Below, piece after piece: positions 29,077 to 38,254 of a stretch of DNA of 64,000 bases. Each line of letters starts with the position of its first letter. The stretch's first letter is position 1. A program made the translations under genes and the position numbers. The notes beneath the pieces are model-generated. The model saw nothing but the letters and a program-made list of their open reading frames with translations, made no database searches and was not told the DNA's origin. This stretch comes from Candidatus Latescibacterota bacterium (GTDB lineage: Bacteria; Latescibacterota; UBA2968; GCA-2709665): the NCBI GenBank assembly GCA_965208835.1, contig OZ242358.1:1344001-1408000 (forward strand), in the 5' to 3' direction.

Positions 29077-29573
29077 AGCGCCCGCAGGGCTTCCCAGCGG
29101 GGGTCGATCTGAGTTGACGAACAGTTGCACTGCGTCAGGTTGAGGTTCTCACCGCAAATTGAGCAAAGCCCCTCGCAGGACGTCTTGCACAGGGGATTCA
29201 ACGGCATTTCCAGCAGTATGTAGTCCTTGATTTCTTCGCCGAGGTCGACTTTGTCTCCGGATTCGTCCAGCCAGATCATCGTTTCGTCTTCATCATCTTC
29301 CATGGATTCCGGACGGTTTTTCTGGAAGACGAATTTGAAATCGGAGGAGAGGGAGAACGAAACGGGTTCCAGGCATCGCACGCACTCGAACCGAAGGTCG
29401 GCATTCGTCCGGCCGCTTGCAGATATGGATTCGCCTATCTTGACGAACTTGATACGCGTCTTGATGGGACCCACGAATTGCAGATCTTCATCCTGGATGT
29501 GCAACTCTTCGGGAGTTTCCTCCCAGTCCAGACTGGCCGTGCCCTCTTCGAGTTCATTGAGCGCGACGATCAT
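29061..29573 (-). CDS. yceD: DUF177/YceD family protein
   Basis: CVRCLE, PLCKTSCEGLCSICGENLN, DPRWEAL; upstream of rpmF. Confidence 0.92.
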   Translation of the reverse strand: MIVALNELEEGTASLDWEETPEELHIQDEDLQFVGPIKTRIKFVKIGESISASGRTNADLRFECVRCLEPVSFSLSSDFKFVFQKNRPESMEDDEDETMIWLDESGDKVDLGEEIKDYILLEMPLNPLCKTSCEGLCSICGENLNLTQCNCSSTQIDPRWEALRALKKQS

Positions 29574-29588
29574 TGAATTGTGTCCGTT

Positions 29589-29999
29589 CTAAGTGCTATC
29601 TCCGAAAAAGAAGGCGATTTCATCTTCCGCGGTTTCGGGCGAGTCCGACGCGTGTACGGCGTTGCGCTGTACGGTTGTGCCGAATTCTCTGCGAATGGTG
29701 CCTTCAGCGGCTTTCGCCGAATCGGTTACACCTATGATTTTCCGCAGGATCGACACCGCGTCATCCCGCTCGAGCGCCGCCGGTACGACGGGACCCGAGG
29801 ACATGAAGTCGATCAGGCCAGGAAAAAAAGGTTGTCCCTCATGTACTGCGTAGAACCGGGTGGCCTCCTCACGCGTGAACCGCGTCATTCTCATCTGTTG
29901 GATCTTGAACCCCTTGTCTTCCACACGTTTCAGGATGTCGCCGACGGCATTCCGGGAAACCGCGTCCGGTTTGATAATCAACAATGTGCGTTCCGGCAT
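29589..29999 (-). CDS. ndk: nucleoside diphosphate kinase
   Basis: ERTLLIIKPDAV, FMSSGP, GTIR, NAVHASDS. Confidence 0.96.
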   Translation of the reverse strand: MPERTLLIIKPDAVSRNAVGDILKRVEDKGFKIQQMRMTRFTREEATRFYAVHEGQPFFPGLIDFMSSGPVVPAALERDDAVSILRKIIGVTDSAKAAEGTIRREFGTTVQRNAVHASDSPETAEDEIAFFFGDST

Positions 30000-30062
30000 C
30001 GACACCCGCGCTTTCCGTCCGGATAATAAAGGGCAAGATGGCGTATCACGCTGAAGATGAAG

Positions 30063-30091
30063 AAGATAGATTTTCTCCGGGGATTTGTCAA
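30063..30091 (-). promoter_or_regulatory. sigma70-like promoter candidate for ndk-yceD-rpmF-fab
   Basis: Minus strand TTGACA-17 bp-TATCTT. Confidence 0.6.
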
Positions 30092-30107
30092 TATCAAACT
30101 TCGTTTT

Positions 30108-30138
30108 TCAGCTATCAGCCATCAGCGGTCAGCGGTCA
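30108..30138. repeat. heptamer tandem repeat TCAGC[TCG][AG]
   Basis: tcagcta tcagcca tcagcgg tcagcgg tca; similar units near 33582 and 33907. Confidence 0.75.
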
Positions 30139-30150
30139 CTAAAAACCGGT

Positions 30151-30273
30151 GAGAGGGGAGACGTTAGACGGTAGAGATGACCTGCCTTGTATGGTTTATT
30201 CTCGTGTCGGAGGCAAGAAGGAAACACTTACCGGGCGTTGATTTCTTCTTCCGTCTAACCTCTAACGTCTCCC
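30151..30273 (+). repeat. dispersed repeat family B, copy 1
   Basis: AGACG-heptamer left arm, core CCTGCCTTGT..TCGTGTCGGAGGCAAG, CCGTCT-heptamer right arm. Confidence 0.8.
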
Positions 30274-30279
30274 TGCCTT

Positions 30280-30624
30280 TTAGGTTTTCTTCAGCAGCGT
30301 TCTCAGATGGTATCCCGCCGCCGCGGCGAGTGCCGCGACAACGCCACCGATCAGCGCCGTGAGCACGACCAGCATGGTTGGATTGGAGAGTCCGGCGATA
30401 CCGGCGATCTTCGCGGTGAGCACGCCGCCGGATTTCAGATGGATATAACCGGCTGAAGCCAGCCATAGAATGCCCGCGCCGCTGAAGCCCGCGCCCAGTG
30501 CTTTCCACGCGCTGGGCGCCTTCCAGAAACCCGCCGCGAATCCCGCGACGCCGATTCCCCACCACGGCAGCGTCAGGCCGGCAATCAGGCCGAATACAAG
30601 GACGTATAGAGCGGTTGAGATCAT
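30280..30624 (-). CDS. hypothetical small membrane protein
   Basis: 114 aa, hydrophobic, LPWWG; co-oriented downstream of acylase. Confidence 0.7.
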   Translation of the reverse strand: MISTALYVLVFGLIAGLTLPWWGIGVAGFAAGFWKAPSAWKALGAGFSGAGILWLASAGYIHLKSGGVLTAKIAGIAGLSNPTMLVVLTALIGGVVAALAAAAGYHLRTLLKKT

Positions 30625-30650
30625 ATAGAGAAAGCTATCATCAAAAAACC

Positions 30651-30849
30651 GGGGAGACGTTAGACGGGAGAGGGGAGGAGAAAAAGCCTAAAAACGGGTA
30701 GACGGGAGACGTAAGACGTGAGAGATTGCCTGCCCTGTCAGGTTTCTTTTCGTTCCGGAGGCAAGGAGGGAAGACATACCGGGCGAGGATATCTTCTACC
30801 GTCTAACCTCTACCTTCTCCCCGCATTTCTTCTACCCTCTACCGTCTTA
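30651..30849 (+). repeat. dispersed repeat family B, copy 2
   Basis: Core GAGAGATTGCCTGCCCTGT..CCGGAGGCAAGGAGGGAAGACATACCGGGCGAGGATATCTTCTACCGTCT. Confidence 0.85.
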
Positions 30850-33264
30850 CGGTTTTGTGACCAGCGTCAACCGTTCCTCGATACGCCCCTGGCCGTCTTT
30901 CGGCGTTTTCATAAACAGCAGCTCGTCGAGTTCGCCTCTTACCCATCTGTCGACGAAGTCGTCGTAGTGACGGCTGCCCGGGTTGCCGGATTGTCCGCCC
31001 GGATAGATTCCCCACGCCCGCACGTCAGGTCCCATCGCAACGACCATACGCCAGCAAGGGCCGTGGCCCCCGCGAGTCGCATTGACGATGTCGCGGCCGC
31101 CGCCGACGAACAGATCCATTCGCGAGAATTCAGGGATCCTCAACAAATGCCTGATTTCCGCGCCCCTGCGACCCCATTTCCATGTCTCGCCGATTGGACC
31201 CAGCCTGATGTTCAAATCTCTGCACGTTGACGCAAACGTACTGCGGGTTAGGTCGGCCAGCGTCTCCACAGGTTCCGTCCGAGTGTCGTCGAACCATCTT
31301 GCTTCGGGCTCATCGAGAATCATCCTAACCGTTCGATCCGCGGAAGGGCGTTGCAATCCTGGGCCTGATCCGCTGAATTCATCGTCCCATACTGCCCGGT
31401 AGAGTTTTCCCCACCAGGTTTGAAAAATGGTGGGGGCAATCTCGCCTGCATTCGCGAAATAGTCCCAGTCCCGGAGCGTACGGTAGACGGCCGCCTGATC
31501 GGGACTGAGTGACTGTCGATCGATACACGCCAGCAGGACGGGCAGGACGGCTTCGGCGCGGAGGTGCTTCGTATCGAGCTGCAGGTTCCTGAAGTCCTCG
31601 GGCGTAATGTCCTTCATTTCGGCCAGGCGTTCGTTGATTCGGCGTGCTCGCGTCGGCGAGGAGTAGACGTCTGCCAGCCAATAGGGATAGGTTGGGTCCG
31701 CCGGCCGCTGATTGGCGGAACTGACGAAGCCGCGAGCCGGATTCCTGACGTGGGGCTTGTGGGCGTGCGGTATCCAGTCCTGCCAGTCGTGGAGAGGGTC
31801 CGAGCCGTCAGCGGTGAAGGCGCCCTGGCCCTCCCACCTTGCCGGGAACCGGCCGTTGTGCCAGACTGCGATATTCCCTTCAACGTCGGCGTAGGCGAAG
31901 TTCTGCCCGGGAGCGGTGAGATACGGGAGCGCCTCGACGAAATCGTCGTAGCCGCGCGCGGCATTGAGCCGGTGGCAGGCCAGCCACTCGTTCCCGCCGT
32001 CATGAGCCGTCCACCGGAATGCATGACGTACCGGAACCCGCGAGTCGGACGGCCTGTAGCTGGAATCCCATACGATCGGTCCGTGATGGGTGTAGCGCAC
32101 GGTGTCGAGAAATGTCGCGGCGCCTCGCACCCTGATCTCTTCGACCAGCGTTTCCACGGCGCGCCACCTGTCGCCGTGCCGGTATTCCCGGAGCGTGTCG
32201 TCCTTGAAGGTGATCTCGTACCAGTCCGTCACGTCCGTTCCAGCGTTCGTGAACCCCCACGCGATATGCCGATTGAATCCGATAACCACGCCCGGTCCGC
32301 CCGGCAACGACACGCCGTAGACGTTGACGGACGGATTCACGAGTTGAATCTCGTACCAAAGTGAAGGCAGGGAAAGGCCCAGGTGAGGGTCATTCGCCAA
32401 TATGGGATGCCCGCTGGCGGTCCTGGTTCCGGAGACCGCCCAGTTGTTGCTTCCGATTCCTTCGCCGCTTCCCGTGCCGATCGACCCCCGGATAAGCGGC
32501 GTATCCGGCCGTATGACTTTCCTGGGCTCGAATTCCCATGGGGTTCCCACCGGAATCACCGTATCGTTTCCGGCGGATGGGTGCGAGAACAGATCCCGTA
32601 CAACCTCCTCGCCGAACCGGTCGAGCGTGTTGTTCATCCTGAGTTCCGCGTTCCCGCCGCGCAGTATCCACGCCATCGACTTGATCAGAATGGCGCATTT
32701 CAATGGCGTCCAGGGCTCGGGGGCGTAACCCAGCAGTTTGTACTCAATGGGGTAGTCCCTCGCGCGAAGGCTGCCGATGTATGCATTGACGCCTTCTGTG
32801 TACGCGGAGACGGAAAGCCGGGTTTCCGGCTCGGCCATTATGTCCTTGAGCGTATTCCGTGCGCCGTATACCAGGCCGACCCGCCGCTGGTACCGGTCGC
32901 GTTCCAGAACGCCGGGCCCCAGAATTTCGGCAAGCCGCCCTGAAGCGGCCGTGGTTTGAAACTCCATCTGCCAGAGGCGGTCCCTTGCGGTAATGTACCC
33001 TTGGGCCAAGTACAGGTCCCGGTCGTTCTGCGCGAAGATGTGAGGCACCCTGCGTTCGTCATAGAGTACCGTTACGGGTTCGAGAAGTCCCGCGAGGCGC
33101 AATTCGCCTTCAGCTGGCGGGTCCTGCGTCTCGGCGTTCTGCCAGAAACCGTGGAATGGACTCAGGAATCTCCCCGCGGCCGGAAATCCACCCATTCGGG
33201 TATCGAGAGCCAGGACGACGACTACGGTCACGGCTGCGGAAGCGATGAATTTGATAAAAGGCAT
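30847..33264 (-). CDS. penicillin acylase family Ntn-hydrolase
   Basis: VPHIFA, ARDRLWQME, G|SNNWAV, ANDPHL, PGGQSGNPGS; ATG 33264. Confidence 0.92.
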   Translation of the reverse strand: MPFIKFIASAAVTVVVVLALDTRMGGFPAAGRFLSPFHGFWQNAETQDPPAEGELRLAGLLEPVTVLYDERRVPHIFAQNDRDLYLAQGYITARDRLWQMEFQTTAASGRLAEILGPGVLERDRYQRRVGLVYGARNTLKDIMAEPETRLSVSAYTEGVNAYIGSLRARDYPIEYKLLGYAPEPWTPLKCAILIKSMAWILRGGNAELRMNNTLDRFGEEVVRDLFSHPSAGNDTVIPVGTPWEFEPRKVIRPDTPLIRGSIGTGSGEGIGSNNWAVSGTRTASGHPILANDPHLGLSLPSLWYEIQLVNPSVNVYGVSLPGGPGVVIGFNRHIAWGFTNAGTDVTDWYEITFKDDTLREYRHGDRWRAVETLVEEIRVRGAATFLDTVRYTHHGPIVWDSSYRPSDSRVPVRHAFRWTAHDGGNEWLACHRLNAARGYDDFVEALPYLTAPGQNFAYADVEGNIAVWHNGRFPARWEGQGAFTADGSDPLHDWQDWIPHAHKPHVRNPARGFVSSANQRPADPTYPYWLADVYSSPTRARRINERLAEMKDITPEDFRNLQLDTKHLRAEAVLPVLLACIDRQSLSPDQAAVYRTLRDWDYFANAGEIAPTIFQTWWGKLYRAVWDDEFSGSGPGLQRPSADRTVRMILDEPEARWFDDTRTEPVETLADLTRSTFASTCRDLNIRLGPIGETWKWGRRGAEIRHLLRIPEFSRMDLFVGGGRDIVNATRGGHGPCWRMVVAMGPDVRAWGIYPGGQSGNPGSRHYDDFVDRWVRGELDELLFMKTPKDGQGRIEERLTLVTKP

Positions 33265-33277
33265 AAGGCTGAAAATC

Positions 33278-33500
33278 GGTAAGACGTGAGACGTGAGCCG
33301 GGAGAGGACCACACCCCAACCCACCAGACGTAAGCCGGGAGAGGGGAGAGATTGCCTGCCTTTTGAGGTTACTTCCCGTGCCGGAGGCAAGGAGAGAATA
33401 CAAACGGGGCGAGGATATCTTCTACCGTCTCACCTCTACCGTCTCACCTCTACCGTCTACCCGCATTTCTTCTACCGCCTACCTTCTTCCCTCTCACCGC
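33278..33500 (+). repeat. dispersed repeat family B, copy 3
   Basis: Same core with expanded TCTACCG/TCTCACC heptamers. Confidence 0.85.
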
Positions 33501-33505
33501 CTCTT

Positions 33506-33523
33506 GGCGACCGGCCGGTCGCC
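33506..33523. repeat. REP-like perfect palindrome GGCGACCGGCCGGTCGCC
   Basis: Also at 36662-36679 (perfect) and 34000-34017 (one mismatch). Confidence 0.75.
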
Positions 33524-34053
33524 CGCAATCCATGACGCAAAAATCGGCTCACACAAAGGCACGAAGACACAAAGGGAAAGGCAGCTCTCAGCTGTCAGCG
33601 AAGATCAAAAACGAAATCCAAATTCAAAATCCCCTTTTCCCCAAATTCCCTGCCTACGGCGTGTTCCTTTTGAAGCGACCAAAAGGAACCAAAAGTCGCC
33701 GCTGGGCGCGGGGCCTGCCTTATGCATGGCGCGAATTACCCTACAGGATGCACTTGATCCTCTGGCCTGCCAACCCCGGAGGATAACGTAAATCGGTGCG
33801 GGACGGAATAACGCGCCCTGCTCTGGAAGTACTCGCGAGAGAATTCACGCTCGATAACCGAATATCTGTTTGAGTGCGAGACCTCTCCCCCTGGCACCCT
33901 CGCGGGAGCTATCAGCCGTCAGCGATCAGCTTGAACCGGTCAGCGATACGGATCGGCGATATCAATCGGCGATTACCACGCCTGTGTTGGAATTGTAAGG
34001 GCGACCGGCCGGTCGTCCGCCGGTCGGAAATTTACTTCGCGCATGTTGATCGC

Positions 34054-34509
34054 TCACCCTGATCGTCCGTCCTGAACCGGGATCCCCTTCGCCTCAGCGA
34101 ATGCCGTAACTGCCTCGATGATCTGTGGTTTGACGGTCTGATTGTCGTTATAGCTCATTGCGCTGAAGTCGATCTTTATGTTTCTGCCCTTGGCGAGTCG
34201 GAATTCAAGTTTCATCATCTGAACATCAATTTCTGAGATCGATTCCCAGGGAACTCTCCGACCTCTGTATAAACTCCTATCAATTGCCAGATTTGCATCG
34301 GAAACGGTGATTATGTATTTGTTTATGCGGTGCAAGAGACCCATAAAGGGCAGGGTGATTAGTCCCAACACGAGTTGAAGAGCGCCCAGAAACGGATTAT
34401 CCCCTATGTTCGCGATTCCGAGGAAGATCAATATCACGGCATACGTAACCCACATTATCCGAAACAAACGTGTCACCGGTACAGTAAGGTCAAACGTCCG
34501 CTCTTCCAT
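34054..34509 (-). CDS. hypothetical membrane protein (2 TM + PH-like domain), 151 aa
   Basis: ATG 34509 after GGAGG; paralog of 36810-37265. Confidence 0.75.
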   Translation of the reverse strand: MEERTFDLTVPVTRLFRIMWVTYAVILIFLGIANIGDNPFLGALQLVLGLITLPFMGLLHRINKYIITVSDANLAIDRSLYRGRRVPWESISEIDVQMMKLEFRLAKGRNIKIDFSAMSYNDNQTVKPQIIEAVTAFAEAKGIPVQDGRSG

Positions 34510-34810
34510 GGATTCGTCCTCCTTCTTTGTACGAACAGTGGCGCATTGATCACGTACGTCCAGACGTAACACGATGCCGGCCCGCTGGATGACCAGAGCT
34601 CAGGCTGGCTCAGCCCGGTCACATCGGCTGCAATCTACAGTCTAATATAAGCCCGCAGGTTACAAAGGGAGAACCAAAGATTCAGCGGCTGCCGGGCTCA
34701 AATGGCCCGTGTTTGACGAGTTGTCTTTCTCTGGCATCTCTTCGTGCCTATATTGTGGGACCGTAAGGCGATGCCCAGGAACAGACCACGAACTTTATGA
34801 AAAGACACCC

Positions 34811-35716
34811 ATGAAATTTCGGTTCTACATTCTGGATGTCTTCACCCGGACGGCATTCGGGGGAAACCAGCTGGCAGTTGTGCCCGATGCGAGGGGTCTC
34901 AGCGCGGATGGCATGCAGAAGGTCGCCCGCGAGTTCAATTTTTCCGAAACCACGTTTGTATTTCCGCCTGCTGACGATTCTGCGACTGCCCGCGTGCGAA
35001 TCTTCACGCCTGCGGCCGAGGTGGACTTTGCGGGTCATCCCACGGTCGGAACGGCATGCGCCATTCGCTATAGCGGACATACGGATTCGGATTGCGTAAT
35101 TCTCGAAGAGAATGTCGGCCGGATTCCCGTGAGGATCTCAGATCAGGACGGCGTATTGTATGGCACCCTGACCAGCGATGCGCCGCTGGATTACGTGGCG
35201 GAAGGACCCTCGACTGCATCCCTTGCGGAAGTCCTTTCCCTGGACAGGGACGACGTCCTTGACGGGTTCTTCGCGAGCGTGGGACTGAACTTCTGTTTCG
35301 CGCATCTGGTGTCTAGAGAGGCCGTGGACCGAGCATCCGTGGACAAGCAGGCGTGGGTCAGAACGCTTTCCGATGCACGGTCGTCGGATATATTCTTCTT
35401 CGCCGGCGAACTGGAATCCGGAGCGGAGATTTACGCGAGGATGTCGGCGCCCTCATATGGCATTGACGAAGACCCGGCCACGGGTAGCGCCGTCGCCGCG
35501 CTTGTCGGCGTCGCGGGACTCAGAAGCGGCGTCCGATCCGGTGTATTGGAACTGTCGGTGACGCAGGGCGTGAAGATCGGCCGCGCAAGCAGGCTGGACG
35601 CGGCTGCGCGTATGCGGAACGGAGACGTGGTGTCGGTCGACGTGGGGGGACCCGCCGTCTTGACCGCCACAGGTGAGATCGAGGTCGGCGACGACTGGCT
35701 TCAGGACGAGGGGTGA
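34811..35716 (+). CDS. PhzF family isomerase/epimerase
   Basis: DVFT..FGGNQLAV, EFNFSETTF, EVDFAGHPTVG, EDPATGSA. Confidence 0.92.
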   Translation: MKFRFYILDVFTRTAFGGNQLAVVPDARGLSADGMQKVAREFNFSETTFVFPPADDSATARVRIFTPAAEVDFAGHPTVGTACAIRYSGHTDSDCVILEENVGRIPVRISDQDGVLYGTLTSDAPLDYVAEGPSTASLAEVLSLDRDDVLDGFFASVGLNFCFAHLVSREAVDRASVDKQAWVRTLSDARSSDIFFFAGELESGAEIYARMSAPSYGIDEDPATGSAVAALVGVAGLRSGVRSGVLELSVTQGVKIGRASRLDAAARMRNGDVVSVDVGGPAVLTATGEIEVGDDWLQDEG

Positions 35717-35723
35717 CAGAGAA

Positions 35724-36482
35724 ATGCGTCTGCTAATCATCGACGGCTGGACCCTGGAAGGTAACCGGACTCATGCGCATGCCGGGGTGGAGGAGCAAGC
35801 GCATGTCTTCGAGTCGCTCGTTCGGGAAAGCCAGCCCGATGCGGAAGTTCGGATTGTCCACACGTATGGCGACGTCGGACCGTTAGACCTGGACTTCGGC
35901 AGGTACGATGGCGCGGTCTGGACCGGCGGGGGCGGCAACATCTACGAAGACAATCCATTCAACAGGCGTCAGCTGGCGTTGGGCGAGCGGGTACTCGCGG
36001 ATGTACCCCACGTCTGGGGAAGCTGCTGGGGGTTTCAGGTCATTACGACCCTTTGCGGCGGGGAGGTGGCGCCGGCGCGCCGTCCGGAAATCGGTATCGC
36101 AAAAGACATCACGGTACGATCGCTGGACTCTTCCAAGACCCTGTATCGCGGCAAGCCGCACACATTCGATGCGCCGGCCCATCACTTCGACGAGACCGCC
36201 CGGCTGCCTCGGGAATTCGAGATTGTCGCAGAAAATGCGACAACGCTGCAGGCCGTCGTATCAAAAAACCGGCGCATCACCTGCACGCAATACCATCCCG
36301 AACTGCCCTACGACTACATCGGAAAGCTGATGCGGCACTGGGCGCCGAATTACGCGTCGATGTTCGCGGAGGATGACTTCCGGAATCTGCTGGCGAGGTT
36401 GAAGAAGAAAGAGAGCGAAGAAAAGAGCTTCAGGAAGATCGAGTTCAGAAACTGGTTGGAAGTCGTGAGGCGAGGCGGGTAG
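35724..36482 (+). CDS. type 1 glutamine amidotransferase-like protein
   Basis: WTGG, GSCWGFQ nucleophile elbow, QYHPE. Confidence 0.85.
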   Translation: MRLLIIDGWTLEGNRTHAHAGVEEQAHVFESLVRESQPDAEVRIVHTYGDVGPLDLDFGRYDGAVWTGGGGNIYEDNPFNRRQLALGERVLADVPHVWGSCWGFQVITTLCGGEVAPARRPEIGIAKDITVRSLDSSKTLYRGKPHTFDAPAHHFDETARLPREFEIVAENATTLQAVVSKNRRITCTQYHPELPYDYIGKLMRHWAPNYASMFAEDDFRNLLARLKKKESEEKSFRKIEFRNWLEVVRRGG

Positions 36483-36534
36483 GACATTTGAAGTGGAAAC
36501 CTGAAAGTGACCTCTCACGCGGCCCTTCAAAAGC

Positions 36535-36656
36535 GGGTAGACGTAAGCCGCTAGACGGGAGAGATTGTCTGCCTCGTGAGGTTTCTTCTCGTGCCGGAGG
36601 CGAGATGGAATAGCATACCGGGCAAGGATTTCATCTACCCTCTTCCCTCTCACCGC
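36535..36656 (+). repeat. dispersed repeat family B, copy 4
   Basis: GAGAGATTGTCTGCCTCGTGAGGTTTCTTCTCGTGCCGGAGGCGAG; followed by REP-like palindrome as in copy 3. Confidence 0.8.
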
Positions 36657-36809
36657 CTTTTGGCGACCGGCCGGTCGCCCGCCTGTCACGCAGACCTCTC
36701 CCCCCAGCCCCCTATCCTTCGAGGAGAGGGGGAAGTAAGCCAGGAGTCACCTTGCCTATACCGTGACCCATCACCGTTTCCCCTTCAGTCTGGAATGGGG
36801 TCGGTCCGG

Positions 36810-37265
36810 TCACCCTGAACGGCCGTCCCGTATAGGAATCCCATTCGCCTCCGCGAACTCGTTCAGCGCCGCGATGATCTGGGGCTTTACAATCTGGTTG
36901 TCAGTATAGCTCAAATTAAAGTTCCAGTTCACATTTTTCCCCTCCTTGAGCGCTATATCCAATTTCAACAGTTGTATTTCTATATCAGAAATAGACGCCC
37001 AGGGAATTCTTCGTGGCTTGACTAAAGCTCTTTGCAGCGTCAGGTGCGAATCGTCAAACGCAATCACATATCGGTTCATGCGCGGCATAAGAACAACGGA
37101 GAGCATGAAAAACACACCAAAGGCTATCTGTAAGACGCCCAGTACATCGTCACCCCTCTCAAAGCTGAAGACACCACTGGCAACCTGAATCGCGCCAAAA
37201 CCGCTCTAACCCGCTAATAATAAGCGGGATACGGGAGCGGAGAGATCGAAGGTTTGTTCTTTCAT
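36810..37265 (-). pseudogene. paralog of 34054-34509 interrupted by in-frame TAG at codon 20
   Basis: MKEQTFDLSAPVSRLLLAG*SG... vs MEERTFDLTVPVTRLFRIMW; both spans 456 bp; shared WxSISxI, SYxDNQxVKPQII, GIPxxDGRSG. Confidence 0.8.
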
Positions 37266-37479
37266 GGACGTGATTTCCCCTATGTGTCGGTTTGTCGGTC
37301 GACGTTATTCTCTTCAAGGTTACTTTGGAAATAAGGGCGGTGAGGTGCATGAAGTCAACGACGAATTTAAGTAACCTACGTTGAGAGATCTGGACGAGTG
37401 TCGAGTGCTCCATTCAAATGGACACAATGAAAACACGGTATAACGCGGTTTTCAAAATAGGGCCAAAAAGGAGAGGACA

Positions 37480-37680
37480 ATGAAAGACTCAATCAGGTTT
37501 CCGAAGGGTTGGGACGAGGACCGTGTCCGACGCCTTCTGGACCATTACGAATCACAGACAGAAGACGAAGGAGTGGCGGAAGATGAAGCCGTATTGAAAG
37601 ACGAGAGCCAAACGCTGATGGCAATACCCAAGGCTCTGGTTCCTTCGGTACGAGCGCTTCTCTCCGAACACGCAGAGTGA
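37480..37680 (+). CDS. small antitoxin-like conserved hypothetical protein
   Basis: AGGAGAGG RBS; FPKGWDEDRVRRLLDHYESQTEDEGVAEDEA, xPKALVPSVRALL. Confidence 0.7.
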   Translation: MKDSIRFPKGWDEDRVRRLLDHYESQTEDEGVAEDEAVLKDESQTLMAIPKALVPSVRALLSEHAE

Positions 37681-38254
37681 ATTCGCTGCCTTTCGTTTTC
37701 ACTTGATCTACATACACGCGAAGACGTGGGACAATATTCGCCTGATCTTGTTCAATTCCACGAGAGAGTTAGGCGTCCAGCGGCGTCATGCGATTCAGTT
37801 TTTCCAAGGCAATCTGAAATTCACGCCCTCCTCTTTAAACTCCTGCCGACCAATCCCATCCTCCGGTACGATACCAGATCCGCCCTTTCCGCACCACGCT
37901 TTCGGATTTCAGATTATTGATACCAGGCCCACGTGTGCTGGTGTCTTACAAACGACCGTTGGAGTGGCCACGGCTGCCCGTCCCGTGCCCAACCTCGAGT
38001 GTTGGGGACCAGTGTCGTTTGCAGATTTCCCTTGACTCCAAGCGGATCTTGGCTTTCCTTCCTTATCTGGTAAACGAACACCGGTGGTATGGTTTACAGT
38101 TGCCATTGGTTATTGCGATTCAGCGATTTTATGACGTCCCGTTCACTCGACCTCGCTGCGCGATGACGGAAGAACAATGACCGAGATTCTTCCGGAATCC
38201 TGCGCCTGACTTATGAGGTAGGGGAAACGGGTTTTTTGTCCACGTCGGGATGAT

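Noticed and set aside
34811-36482. Phenazine biosynthesis cluster
   Set aside because: Only a PhzF-family gene and a stand-alone GATase; phzA/B, D, E and G are absent.
38070-38097. GTAAAC-N16-GTTTAC, BirA-operator-like palindrome
   Set aside because: Only 6 bp arms and not upstream of the bio genes; could be chance.
37700-38200. Short ORFs upstream of the FAR gene
   Set aside because: No convincing RBS or motif support in the frames examined.
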